A DNA stretch of 64,000 nucleotides from an uncultured virus (IMG/VR IMGVR_UViG_3300042392_001468) (taxonomy: Duplodnaviria; Heunggongvirae; Uroviricota; Caudoviricetes), in the IMG/VR virus record IMGVR_UViG_3300042392_001468; one strand, written 5' to 3'. The notes under the pieces are model-generated. The model was not told where the DNA came from and ran no database searches. It saw only the letters and a program-made list of their open reading frames with translations. Positions 55,122-64,000 of the stretch are shown piece by piece; positions within the stretch are counted from its first letter, which is position 1; every line of letters begins with the position of its first letter. The position numbers and the translations under genes are program-made.

Positions 55122-55312
55122 GCCCCGAGCCTCTTTTTTTCTGCCTCAATGAAGTCCATATCAAGTTCCTGAATCTTCGTGGTAGCGGGTTTTGGCCCGC
55201 CAGCCCAGGGAGCGGTTTCCATTTTGTCAGTAATCAAATCAAGAACCTTAGAAGCAGCGTTCAGCCGCTCCCTAAGTTCTTGAACCTCATTTTCCAGTTC
55301 TTCGTGTTTCAT
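55118..55312 (-). CDS. hypothetical coiled-coil protein
   Basis: AGGAGG RBS. Confidence 0.6.
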   Translation of the reverse strand: MKHEELENEVQELRERLNAASKVLDLITDKMETAPWAGGPKPATTKIQELDMDFIEAEKKRLGA

Positions 55313-55359
55313 GCGTTGCCTCCTGTTGTGGTGGTCATGTAACAACCATATGGCATATG

Positions 55360-56025
55360 TCAAATGGAGTTGAAGAAATCGAGGATTTGCCGCTTCTGCT
55401 CTGGGGTTGCGGCTTCTACGGAATCAATCCCAAGTGCGGTTTTCTTGAGTTGAATGTTCATCGTGGCTGCCTCTTGGGTTAGCCCGATTGCCGTAGCCCC
55501 GTTGAGGTAGGCATGGTAGCCTGCGGTGAGTTCTTCCTTAGTAGGCCCGGGATCTGGGGCGGTTGGGGCAGCGGGGGTCGGTGCCTGTGGGGTCGCGGGC
55601 TTGCCCTGTAGCAGCGTGAGGCTGAAATCAAACAGGTGTGCGACTGCCGCCTCAATCTGGGCACTACCGCTCTGTACGCCGCCCGCGCCCAACTGCGCGG
55701 CCACCAAATCAACCGCACCCTTGTAGGCGACGGCCCGCTCAATCGAATCCTGGTCGGCCTTGCTTTTGCCCATAGGGGGTCGGCCTCCACCGCCTGCCCC
55801 CATTGCCTTCTTCAACTTCGGGGGGAACTTGGGGTTGCTCTTGTCTAGGGTGCCTTCAATGGATTGCCCGGGAGTTGGTGCCGGAGTCGCGGGCTTTTGA
55901 GCAATCTCAGCCGGGCCTTGGTACCCATCGTCACCCTTGATCGTCAGCTTGTAAGAAATAAGCGGTCCATTCTTGGACTCAAACTCCCGAGTCCCGGTTA
56001 CTCCCTCTACAGTGTAATTGCTCAT
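55360..56025 (-). CDS. putative ssDNA-binding/annealing protein (OB-like N-terminus)
   Basis: Beta-rich N-terminus, I.R.VA.K.A helix; adjacent to the exonuclease. Confidence 0.55.
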   Translation of the reverse strand: MSNYTVEGVTGTREFESKNGPLISYKLTIKGDDGYQGPAEIAQKPATPAPTPGQSIEGTLDKSNPKFPPKLKKAMGAGGGGRPPMGKSKADQDSIERAVAYKGAVDLVAAQLGAGGVQSGSAQIEAAVAHLFDFSLTLLQGKPATPQAPTPAAPTAPDPGPTKEELTAGYHAYLNGATAIGLTQEAATMNIQLKKTALGIDSVEAATPEQKRQILDFFNSI

Positions 56026-56180
56026 GTTTCCTTCCTGTATGCGTCTATCGCTTTGTCTACTGCCTTGTCGAAAGTTGTGTGGCACTTGATTAGCATTGCC
56101 GCTCGACGGGTAGCGTCTTTATCCAAAAGTGCTTCAATCACGCCAGGCGAAAAACCAATTTCGATTACAAAACCATTCAT
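56022..56180 (-). CDS. hypothetical protein
   Basis: ATGA coupling at both ends. Confidence 0.5.
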   Translation of the reverse strand: MNGFVIEIGFSPGVIEALLDKDATRRAAMLIKCHTTFDKAVDKAIDAYRKET

Positions 56181-56374
56181 TTCTTCCCCGCTGCTAGTGC
56201 GGCCAGATTTGCGGGGTCGAAATAACCTTGATCGGTAAAGTAATGAGCGAGCGCGAGCCGACAAATTGCTGATTCGCTTCGGTGTTCGTAGCGGGCTGCT
56301 GCGCCAAGCATTACTGAAAGATCGTCCGAACATTTGAAACTGACCCTAGCATTGCCTGTGTAGGGATCATTCAT
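56177..56374 (-). CDS. ribbon-helix-helix regulator
   Basis: VSFK......L...AR.EHRS.SAICRLAL, similar to 10956-11141. Confidence 0.75.
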   Translation of the reverse strand: MNDPYTGNARVSFKCSDDLSVMLGAAARYEHRSESAICRLALAHYFTDQGYFDPANLAALAAGKK

Positions 56375-56742
56375 GTTTGATCCTCCTTTCTGTAAACCTG
56401 TTCCATTTCCCACTCGAGGTCATATGCGAATATGAAGTCGTGGGTGAAGCCCGGGAGTTGGTGGTAGTAGACCCGCATGAAGCCGTTGTCCAGTTTGTGA
56501 TGATACGCCCGGCAGCCGGGCACACCGTTTCGGGCATCCCAGACCATAGCCAGCGTTTCGGCCTCATCGTATCCTCGGTCCCTGGCTATCCGCTTCAACT
56601 TCTGTTTGCTCAGTAGGTGGCAGGGATCTATCGGGCCGTCGCAAGCATGGGGGGTGATCGTATTCAGCCAGCACGGACCCCGACCTAGTACGGCGCGGTA
56701 GAAATCGTGCCTGGCTTCCCGGGCTGCTTTAGTTTCTCTCAC
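56371..56742 (-). CDS. HNH-like nuclease
   Basis: C...C.G..DP.H...D.RNG...CR..H. Confidence 0.65.
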   Translation of the reverse strand: MRETKAAREARHDFYRAVLGRGPCWLNTITPHACDGPIDPCHLLSKQKLKRIARDRGYDEAETLAMVWDARNGVPGCRAYHHKLDNGFMRVYYHQLPGFTHDFIFAYDLEWEMEQVYRKEDQT

Positions 56743-57044
56743 TCCCACTTCCTCCTTCCAAGGGCTTCCAAGTGTGCCTTGAAAACCCCGGCCTCCTGTT
56801 GCTTGTTGGTATCCAGTAGCCATTGCCATACTTCCCAGCCCGAATACAGGTGGGATTTGCCCGCAAGCCAAGCGTGGTCAGGAAACTCTTTATGGCTAGG
56901 CCAGTTACGCGCCCTGGCACCAAACAATTCGTCTAATGCCCCGCCCGTCCACAATCCACCCATGCGGGCGATCAACTTGCGGAACTCGTAAGCGGTCAGC
57001 ATGTTCATCTGCGGTGCGACCTTGGAAGGGTACTTGTCTCCCAT
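56739..57044 (-). CDS. excisionase/AlpA-like DNA-binding protein
   Basis: L.ELFG...NW...FP......LY...EV.QW. Confidence 0.55.
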   Translation of the reverse strand: MGDKYPSKVAPQMNMLTAYEFRKLIARMGGLWTGGALDELFGARARNWPSHKEFPDHAWLAGKSHLYSGWEVWQWLLDTNKQQEAGVFKAHLEALGRRKWE

Positions 57045-57319
57045 TACTGCTCCCATCCGGCAGCGCGGGCTTCGGCGGTTTCTGCCAACCGTTCTGCTCC
57101 GTAGTCAATATCCTCGCGGCGGCGGTTGAACAAGCCCCTAGCGGCCTGCCATGGCTTAGGATCATTAGCCCCGTCTTGGCATCCCCAATGAATCGGGCTT
57201 TCAGGCGTGGCCGAACTTGCCTTCGCTTGGCTCCGCTTTATTGGTTGCCCGCACTTGACGCAAGTTGTGCCATCAAATGACGCGACCCTCTCTCTGTGCC
57301 TTGCTGCGTAGTCTCTCAT
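57044..57319 (-). CDS. Zn-finger hypothetical protein
   Basis: CVKCG...H..C; GGAAGG RBS. Confidence 0.6.
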   Translation of the reverse strand: MRDYAARHRERVASFDGTTCVKCGQPIKRSQAKASSATPESPIHWGCQDGANDPKPWQAARGLFNRRREDIDYGAERLAETAEARAAGWEQ

Positions 57320-57390
57320 GGTGCCTTCCTGTGGTGGTTGAATCTTCTAGGTCTTACCTTATGGCATCTGTCAAGGGGTATGCTGTATCT

Positions 57391-57927
57391 ATGGAAATTG
57401 AAGCCCGGAAACCGGCTACCCCACAAGATATGACCGAACTTGACATTGCGGAGGGGCTTCGGATGCTTGCGCTTTACGGCGGAAACTCGGCCAAAGCATC
57501 GGCAGCCTTGCTTTCGGAAGGCCGTCCAATCTCAGCCAGCACCCTACAGCGTTGGAAATCGGAAACCTACCCCGTTCAATACGAGGACATTGTTTACCGG
57601 CTGCGCCAGGACATAGGCCAAAAAGTGTCGGATGGCGCTATGGAAACCGCAACCGCTGCCCACGCGCTCGAGGCGGAAATGATCGCACAGGCCCAACAGA
57701 ACCTCCATGAAATCCCGGCCAAGGATCTGCCCAAGGCGGCGCTCAACATGGCACAAGTCAAACGAACGAACATTGAAGTAGCCCGGCTGCTTAGAAACGA
57801 ACCGACTGCGATCACAGAAGTACGCGACTACTCTGAATCCCTTGACGAACTCAAGGCGCTTGGGATCATCGAGGTTGAGGCAGAAGAAGTGGAGAACGAC
57901 GAACGGCCAGCCCCACCACCAGGCTGA
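57391..57927 (+). CDS. terminase small subunit-like HTH protein
   Basis: N-terminal HTH (ISASTLQRWK), helical core, RLL..EPT.I tail; TATGCT 6 nt before the ATG. Confidence 0.6.
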   Translation: MEIEARKPATPQDMTELDIAEGLRMLALYGGNSAKASAALLSEGRPISASTLQRWKSETYPVQYEDIVYRLRQDIGQKVSDGAMETATAAHALEAEMIAQAQQNLHEIPAKDLPKAALNMAQVKRTNIEVARLLRNEPTAITEVRDYSESLDELKALGIIEVEAEEVENDERPAPPPG

Positions 57928-58017
57928 CCGTTGCGCCTCCCACAAGCCTGACTTTCCCGCATGGACGGACGGGAAACGAAGGAAGGTGTCAGGCTTAGAA
58001 CAACCTTACCAAGAGTG

Positions 58018-58419
58018 TCAAGTTTTCCAGCGTTTTCGTTGTAGGGCGGCGTGGGCAAGGGAAAAATGGTGAACGGCCTCGAGCAAGTCTGGGTCAATAT
58101 CTTCTATGCCTTTGCGCCGGTCATTGAGCCAGTCAAAAAAAGCGTAGTTCATGCCGTCAGCGGCTTCTTCTAAGCCTTCGCCGCAGTTGTCCCGACCTAT
58201 GTATTTCATGCCAAATGAGAACCTGCCTGCCAACTCCCTTTGCTGGGCTTGTCGGATTGATTGGGCTGAAAAGCCCGGGAGGTCGGCCAGCATCCCGAAA
58301 AACTCTGCGAAGGTATCGTCCGAGGATTGAATGTTTGGCGCATGACGCATACCGCATCGAAGGCAATGGTCGGGTCGGCGGTCGTTTAGGCGAGGGCGGT
58401 CACACCGGCAATACTTCAT
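58018..58419 (-). CDS. Zn-ribbon plus MazG-like helical protein, close homolog of 12342-12740
   Basis: CRCDRP.LNDRRPDHC..CG; GMKY.GRDNC.EGLEEAADG.NYA. Confidence 0.75.
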   Translation of the reverse strand: MKYCRCDRPRLNDRRPDHCLRCGMRHAPNIQSSDDTFAEFFGMLADLPGFSAQSIRQAQQRELAGRFSFGMKYIGRDNCGEGLEEAADGMNYAFFDWLNDRRKGIEDIDPDLLEAVHHFSLAHAALQRKRWKT

Positions 58420-59615
58420 TCGCACTCAAGGAATGAAACATCGGTAAGGCCGCGCTTCGGATGGAAGGTTGAAAGAACCTGGCACGGCGGCTGTCCACCA
58501 CCAAACGCTTTGAGGGAATATTCGTCTACTCCCTTGATTGAACCGTTCACGATAATCCTTCCCTGCTCTACAGCGTTAGCTTGATGAAAATGCCCGTTGT
58601 GAAAATAATCAACCGGGATGCCGCCCGAAACATACTGATTGCGAAGCGCATTGACTCGGCGGCTAACCCCGCCCCACGGAATCCCGGGCATACTTGACCG
58701 AACACCGTCACCATGCCACAGCAGGTTCGCAAACCTGTCGGCTACCATAACCCTGTGCTGATTGGCTTTGGGAATGTCGAAAGAAATCCTTTTGTTTCTT
58801 TTCAGCGAGGTAGCCATAACATGATAGGCCGTCCAGTCTGCGTTGTCGTAGCCCTGCTTGGCCCACGGTTTCTTGTGCGCCCTGGGGTGATTACCTACAA
58901 CGCCCGCAAACTCGATCAACTCAAACCGCTCGGTCAAAGATTCCAGCCACTCGGCACCGTCTAGGCCCAATTGAACCGTCGCCTCTGCCAAGGGGATTTC
59001 GTTGGTCGCTTCCAGTTCGCCATGAATGTTCCCTGAAAGCATATCCCCAAGCGCAAATACATGGAGTTTGCGAACCGGGTATGGGCGGTTGTCCTGATAC
59101 GAGAAAAGCGCCTCACGCAAGCGGTCCTGCCGCTTCAACATGATTTCCCAATTGTATTCGTTCAACCCGCCCGTTTCCTCGAGGGAAACGACTTCCCCGG
59201 CATGAAGGTCCGACCAATCCAGCACGAACACATGCTCAGTTTTCTTGCGGTGAGACTTGGGGATTACCTGCGGGGAATATTTAGATTTACAGCGGCCCGC
59301 TGCGTCCTCTACAGCCCGGGCAACCCGTTCGTCATAAACATTGTCTTTGCGATCTTTGCGAAGGGCTGATTCAAGTTCTTTGATTCGCTGTTGAGCAATT
59401 TCAAGCTCAGAAACTTCTTCCCTTGCCTCGGGCTGGGGGCTTGGAGGTTTAGCGGTTGGCTTTTTAGCCGTATTCAAACCATGCTTTTGAGCATGGTCGC
59501 TGAGGGTACTTCTTGATATTCCCAAGTCCCGCGCAACTTGCGAAACTCCTTTTTCATCTAATTGCGCTTGAAGTTTTTCAAGGCTCGGGTAAACATGAAT
59601 GGTTTGACCGCCCAC
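58416..59615 (-). CDS. HTH plus metallophosphoesterase
   Basis: SDLH, LGD, GNH, HGD, GHFH motifs; N-terminal HTH VARDLGISRSTL. Confidence 0.88.
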   Translation of the reverse strand: MGGQTIHVYPSLEKLQAQLDEKGVSQVARDLGISRSTLSDHAQKHGLNTAKKPTAKPPSPQPEAREEVSELEIAQQRIKELESALRKDRKDNVYDERVARAVEDAAGRCKSKYSPQVIPKSHRKKTEHVFVLDWSDLHAGEVVSLEETGGLNEYNWEIMLKRQDRLREALFSYQDNRPYPVRKLHVFALGDMLSGNIHGELEATNEIPLAEATVQLGLDGAEWLESLTERFELIEFAGVVGNHPRAHKKPWAKQGYDNADWTAYHVMATSLKRNKRISFDIPKANQHRVMVADRFANLLWHGDGVRSSMPGIPWGGVSRRVNALRNQYVSGGIPVDYFHNGHFHQANAVEQGRIIVNGSIKGVDEYSLKAFGGGQPPCQVLSTFHPKRGLTDVSFLECE

Positions 59616-59658
59616 TATTCCCTTTCAGTTGTACGAAACGGCTGACGAATTGTAGGAT

Positions 59659-59823
59659 TCAGTCAGTCAGCCTGGGATCGTTGGGCACTAGGTAAACCAA
59701 GAGCGCGGTAATCAGCGTCGTTACTGCTACAACAATTTCTGGCTCCACAGAAACACCCTGCGTTGCTAGAATTGTAACAATCGCACCGATCACAGCAGCG
59801 ACCGTCTTTCGGTATTCGCTCAT
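59659..59823 (-). CDS. holin (54 aa, not in the ORF track)
   Basis: MSEYRKTVAAVIGAIVTIL...LITALLVYLVPN; AAAGGAAA RBS. Confidence 0.75.
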   Translation of the reverse strand: MSEYRKTVAAVIGAIVTILATQGVSVEPEIVVAVTTLITALLVYLVPNDPRLTD

Positions 59824-59835
59824 CTGTTTCCTTTC

Positions 59836-60393
59836 TTACCAAGAGTTCCAACGCGCACGATACGGGCGAGCGTCAGTATGAATGTTGCCACCAGGGTATA
59901 CACCAATACCGTTGTTCTTCCAAATGGCTTCACAGGCTGCGAGAAACTTGTCACGGCCAAAACGGTTGATTGTGCTTATGTCCCAATCGCAAGCGTCGGC
60001 TTGCATGTGGCGGGATTGGCTTGCTCCACCTACGGCAGCGTTGTGGGCCGGGGAGCGGTAATAGGAAAGAGCGCCAAGGGGTTTGTCTCCAAGGCGATGC
60101 CGTAGCCGTTCGCACTTGAACGCTTGCCGCTGTGCGTTTTCCCGCAAGTTGCTAGGTACAGGGCTGCCGTCTTTTGACTCCCACTCATTGCGGGTAAAAT
60201 TGGGTGAAACATACCCATTTCGCCAGCAAAACTTTTGAAACTTGCCAGAACGCTTTGCCAACGGACCATATGGGTATTTCCACATGCGACGAAAAGGATG
60301 AAGCCTGCCGTGTTTGCCTGGGAACTTTGCCATTACTCTCCTGAAATTGCCTGTACGCAATCTATCGCATTTGCCGGTTGTTACAAAATCCAA
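59836..60393 (-). CDS. endolysin, peptidase M15A
   Basis: SPNF...E, S.YRS..HN.AVGGA..SRH....A.D...H.D. Confidence 0.9.
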   Translation of the reverse strand: MDFVTTGKCDRLRTGNFRRVMAKFPGKHGRLHPFRRMWKYPYGPLAKRSGKFQKFCWRNGYVSPNFTRNEWESKDGSPVPSNLRENAQRQAFKCERLRHRLGDKPLGALSYYRSPAHNAAVGGASQSRHMQADACDWDISTINRFGRDKFLAACEAIWKNNGIGVYPGGNIHTDARPYRARWNSW

Positions 60394-60469
60394 CGGAAAT
60401 TCATCGCCGCAAGAATCAACGAAACTACAACGACATAAACACTTGTGCGTGGGTAGCGGCGCAGGTCGC

Positions 60470-60640
60470 TCATGGCTTGTGACTTCCCTTGTCTCGGGCC
60501 AGAATAGCTGGTAGCCCGCACATTGCGGCGAACAGTACGAGTAACTGGGGGTCGGAGGACGGAGTGATTACCGTTTCGTGGATGATCCCCGCTAACCCCG
60601 TCACGAATAGGGCTAAGTCTCGGCTTGGTCGCCATTTCAT
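60470..60640 (-). CDS. small two-TM lysis-cassette protein (56 aa, not in the ORF track)
   Basis: RDLALFVTGLAGIIHET...LLVLFAAMCGLP; ATGA-coupled to a 30-aa TM peptide (60381-60473). Confidence 0.65.
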   Translation of the reverse strand: MKWRPSRDLALFVTGLAGIIHETVITPSSDPQLLVLFAAMCGLPAILARDKGSHKP

Positions 60641-60668
60641 CCTTCACCGTTTTTCTGCCCTTGTCGTT

Positions 60669-63600
60669 TCATCGTTTTTTTGGTTTCGGTTTGACATATT
60701 TTGGTAGTCCAGCAAGGGACTCTGCGACAGATTTTACCTTGTCTGACTCACTATTCTGGCTGGCTTCTGACACATTGACAGCGGCAGAAGGTAGATCCAT
60801 TTCTGTGCCCGTTCCCCAATTGAGTATTGAACCGTCAGGGTTACGGAAGTTTTGAAGGTTGTTGATGGCGTTACTTTGGGTGCCCGGGGTTTCGGTAGTG
60901 CTGCTGGTAGTGCCGCCTGTGGTACCGCCACCAGTCGTGCCGGAAGCGGCTGCGGCTTTTGCCCGCGCTGCGGCCTTGACTTGCTGCATGGGGGAGGTCG
61001 GCGTACTTTGCGGCATACCATCCGTGTACGCATTGGCGGCATCACCGACAAGTTCAACATGCCAATCTTCGCCCGGTACGGGAAGCCCGAGTCCAAATTG
61101 CGAGAGAAGTTCACGCTGTTTGTCGGTGAGGTTTACATCTGCGGCCCTACCGAACTCATGGTTAGAGGTTCCTGGCACCGCCGCAAGTGCGCCGCCCGCT
61201 TGGTAGTCGGCGTAAGCCGCTTCCTGTTCTGCCCTAGTTCGGAAACCTGAGTTGAATGAGATAGGTTCGCCGGAAGCCTTAGCGAGTTGTAGCAGGGCAT
61301 TGGCAAGCGGCGGCTGGAATCGCAACAAAGTGTTTTCATCTGGGGCGAACCACTCTGTTTTGCTGGTTCCCTGTTTACCGCCCTGTGAGAAGTCGCCCGT
61401 AGCCTGGGGGTTTGTTGGGGCATCTTCGGGCACTTCGTACACACCCATGCGCTTGCCACGCTCAACCATTTGCCAGAACCTTTCTTTGGCTTGCTGTTGG
61501 TTGCCTGTATTGATGGGTGTTGCTGTTACATCTTGCCAAGGGATGCCGTCTTGGTAGCCCGCCGCATCCCATCCAGAACCGCGTAGCACTTCAACCTGTT
61601 CCTCTGGGGATTTGCCTACAGCGTTAGGCAGGATGCCGGGAATACCTGCCCCTGCGCCCCATTTCTCGCCTCGCAAGAACGCTGCGGTCGCCTTAGCCGC
61701 AGTCGCGGGGCTACCAAACTCCGGTGCTTCCATATGCGGGCCTATGTTCAACCAATTGTGATAATCGCGGGCTTCATAATCGCCCGATGCGTAGCCCTGC
61801 TCTGCCAGCACCCAACCGCCAACAACCTTTGGGTCAAGGCCGGTTTCTTTAGCAAGAACTTGTGCGAAAGTGCGTTGTGATTTTGACAAACCGGGTGCTG
61901 AAATCTTTGCGCTACCGCTTCCAAACGCCTTGACTTTTTGGGCACGGATCTTCTTGGCAAAGGCAACCTGACGCTTACGGGGAACATTCTTCATCGGTTC
62001 AATGCCCGCGCCTGCCGGGATGCGCTCGGCTGGGGGCGTGTTCGCGGGCTGATCCCTGTAGGTCGTGATCGGTGTCTTGGGCGTGTAGCCAGGCTGCGTA
62101 GCGTCGTAGTTGTAGCCGCCGCTTGACAATGATGCCTGTGTGGTTCGGGGGGTGTTGCTTAGACCTTCGCCTAATGAATCGCCAGCATTGCCGGTTTGTG
62201 CCAGCATCTTCTTTGCCTGCCTGTAGCCCGGGTATTCGGTCCCGCCCCATCTTTGCATGTATTGCTGTTTTACCTGATCTTGTTCGTCATAACGGGCTTG
62301 TACGACTTCCTGTTTGATCGTTGAATCGTTGGGCAACGGTGCGCCTACCTTCTTTGCGTACTCCACGATCTGACGATTGAGTTTTTCTACCCTGTCGGAG
62401 CCATATTTGTTCATGCCCGAAAGTTTGATGTACCGTTTTGCCAATCTTTTTTCTTCGGCAGTACGAGGTTCGCCCGACAAACCTTCTGCCTCTTGTGCCC
62501 GGCGTTCGGCAGCCAGTTTTCGGCCAACATCGTAAAGACTTTGATTCTTGCGGCCTCGGAAAGTGACACGCGGGTACTTGCCCCTGGCCGTAGTCTGAGC
62601 GTCCTCGCGGGCACGGTACAGGCGGTCAAGTTCCTGTTCCTGCTGCTTTCCTTCTACGGGTTCCGGGGTTAAGGCAAACAGGTTGCGTCGGATGCGGTCG
62701 CGGGTCAGGTTCGGATCGTCGCCAGCCTTCGGTTCTCTGCCGGGTGCGTTGGAGAAGATACTGAGGGGTTTCGTAAGATCAAACCCGTCGAGGCTGAGTT
62801 CGGGTGCGTCCTGCTCACCTTGGATAATTTCCTTCGGTGAGTAGCCGGTTTCGCGCAATATCTCGCGGGGAGGGGCGGCAAGCAACAGGAATTCTTCAAT
62901 CCATTGCCCGACCTTTGTTTTCATGCCCGGGTCAGGATTGGTAATGTCATCGTCTGGGTCAGACAGGCGGTTGCCGTACTGGTCTTTTTCACTTAGGAAG
63001 ATTCGGGGAGCGCCGGAGGTCAGGGGCACTACTGCCTTGAACAAGTTACTGATGAGATCGCCTTCTTTTGAGAAGCCTGCTTCCATAAAGATATTGCCCG
63101 CGATTCCGGTACGGCTGAGAGGGGAAAGCATCGTCGGGTCGCCGTCCGGCCCGCCGTAAAGAACCGCTACCGCCCAATCATTCATCCAGCGGGGGTCGTA
63201 GTTCATCAGCCGCTCGAGGATTTCCGCGTTGAATTGTCCAAACATCGTTGCCAGTTGCCAGCGAACCGGGTGACGCTTGGGGAAGGTGCGAAGTGTCCAA
63301 TCTAGCGAGAACCGGACAAATGGGTAGAAGAAAACGACGCTGCCGATTTCGCGCTCGTAGCCGGGCTTCAAGTCGGTCCAGTTGCCGTAGAGTTCGTCAA
63401 GGTTCTTGGCGAGTAGCTGACCGGCTTCCATGCCTTCCCTTGAGTTGAGCCACTTGATCTGCTCGGCCCGGTTCATCTTCATAAGGATTCCCGAGGACCG
63501 TTCGATTACATCGTAGTTGCCCTGAATCGCCTTGGCGGTACGGCGCAAGGTAGACAACTCACGGTCGAGTTCGGCAAGCAATCCTGCCTCACGGATAAGG

Positions 63601-64000
63601 CTACCCTTCCACCTGTCAAACTTGCCCAACTGCTCGAGCGCAACGGTTTCTTTGACCATTCGCCACCCTGGGTATTCACGCTCTACCTTGAGCGCGGCGT
63701 TTATGTCCTTTTGGGCAGTTTTGGCGTTGCTGTATTCGCGGGCTATTCCGAGACTTGTACCTGCCAAATGTGCTTGCCCGCGAGCAACTGATGTGTCGGG
63801 GTTCTTGCGGTTTGCTGCCGCCTCGCGGTAGGCGCGGATCAACCTTCTGGGGTTCGGGTTGTCGGAAACTTGTACGAGTAGTTCTGCTATCGGCTGAGCA
63901 AGTGCCCATGAGGGAGAAGTTCCAAGTACCACGCGGGAAGTAAAGCGGTTGAGTTCATAAAACGCCTTCATTAGGCCCGTAGGCATATCCTTCATGTGGG
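60669..64000 (-). CDS. large internal virion/ejection protein with lysozyme-like and M15 peptidase domains (5' end outside the window)
   Basis: Frame open to the window edge; FFYPF helical region; W.LAEQ...NWLNIG; SGFRT..EQ...PGTSNHE.G.A.D...E.WH. Confidence 0.8.
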   Translation of the reverse strand, partial: HMKDMPTGLMKAFYELNRFTSRVVLGTSPSWALAQPIAELLVQVSDNPNPRRLIRAYREAAANRKNPDTSVARGQAHLAGTSLGIAREYSNAKTAQKDINAALKVEREYPGWRMVKETVALEQLGKFDRWKGSLIREAGLLAELDRELSTLRRTAKAIQGNYDVIERSSGILMKMNRAEQIKWLNSREGMEAGQLLAKNLDELYGNWTDLKPGYEREIGSVVFFYPFVRFSLDWTLRTFPKRHPVRWQLATMFGQFNAEILERLMNYDPRWMNDWAVAVLYGGPDGDPTMLSPLSRTGIAGNIFMEAGFSKEGDLISNLFKAVVPLTSGAPRIFLSEKDQYGNRLSDPDDDITNPDPGMKTKVGQWIEEFLLLAAPPREILRETGYSPKEIIQGEQDAPELSLDGFDLTKPLSIFSNAPGREPKAGDDPNLTRDRIRRNLFALTPEPVEGKQQEQELDRLYRAREDAQTTARGKYPRVTFRGRKNQSLYDVGRKLAAERRAQEAEGLSGEPRTAEEKRLAKRYIKLSGMNKYGSDRVEKLNRQIVEYAKKVGAPLPNDSTIKQEVVQARYDEQDQVKQQYMQRWGGTEYPGYRQAKKMLAQTGNAGDSLGEGLSNTPRTTQASLSSGGYNYDATQPGYTPKTPITTYRDQPANTPPAERIPAGAGIEPMKNVPRKRQVAFAKKIRAQKVKAFGSGSAKISAPGLSKSQRTFAQVLAKETGLDPKVVGGWVLAEQGYASGDYEARDYHNWLNIGPHMEAPEFGSPATAAKATAAFLRGEKWGAGAGIPGILPNAVGKSPEEQVEVLRGSGWDAAGYQDGIPWQDVTATPINTGNQQQAKERFWQMVERGKRMGVYEVPEDAPTNPQATGDFSQGGKQGTSKTEWFAPDENTLLRFQPPLANALLQLAKASGEPISFNSGFRTRAEQEAAYADYQAGGALAAVPGTSNHEFGRAADVNLTDKQRELLSQFGLGLPVPGEDWHVELVGDAANAYTDGMPQSTPTSPMQQVKAAARAKAAAASGTTGGGTTGGTTSSTTETPGTQSNAINNLQNFRNPDGSILNWGTGTEMDLPSAAVNVSEASQNSESDKVKSVAESLAGLPKYVKPKPKKR

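Noticed and set aside
59663..59851. Cys-rich 62-aa ORF in the track
   Set aside because: The overlapping frame 59659-59823 has an RBS and a clear holin sequence
60381..60647. 88-aa ORF in the track
   Set aside because: Better explained as two coupled membrane peptides, 60470-60640 and 60381-60473

Overview
The whole window is bacteriophage DNA, most likely from an Actinomycetota host (actinobacterial-type IHF, leaderless promoters, M15/GH24 lysins). It reads as two different phage genomes joined around a collagen-fibre/glycosyltransferase block at about 27.5-31.7 kb. The left part (1 to about 28.9 kb) is a temperate siphovirus-like segment: terminal HNH, mIHF homolog, poly-Cys DNA methyltransferase, large serine integrase with an apparently intact attP, RecT, XRE/RHH switch, Hjc resolvase, lysis cassette, tail tip, tape measure, frameshifting chaperone, tail tube and neck genes, but no head genes. 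The right part (about 28.9-64 kb) is podovirus-like: collagen fibres, tail tube A/B-like genes, major capsid, scaffold, portal, TerL, tRNA-Gln, a + strand early operon with a truncated beta-clamp, RusA/SSB/exonuclease, a detached TerS-like gene, a second lysis cassette and a large ejection-type protein cut by the window edge. The most striking unexplained signal is at 47.1-54.7 kb. A CTAG-dense strand-skew switch is followed by a T-poor + strand carrying 16 same-orientation copies of AGRATGGACA and 17 CTCGAG sites (14 as CCTCGAG), independent of reading frame and gene direction. All protein calls are motif recognition by eye; no database searches were run.
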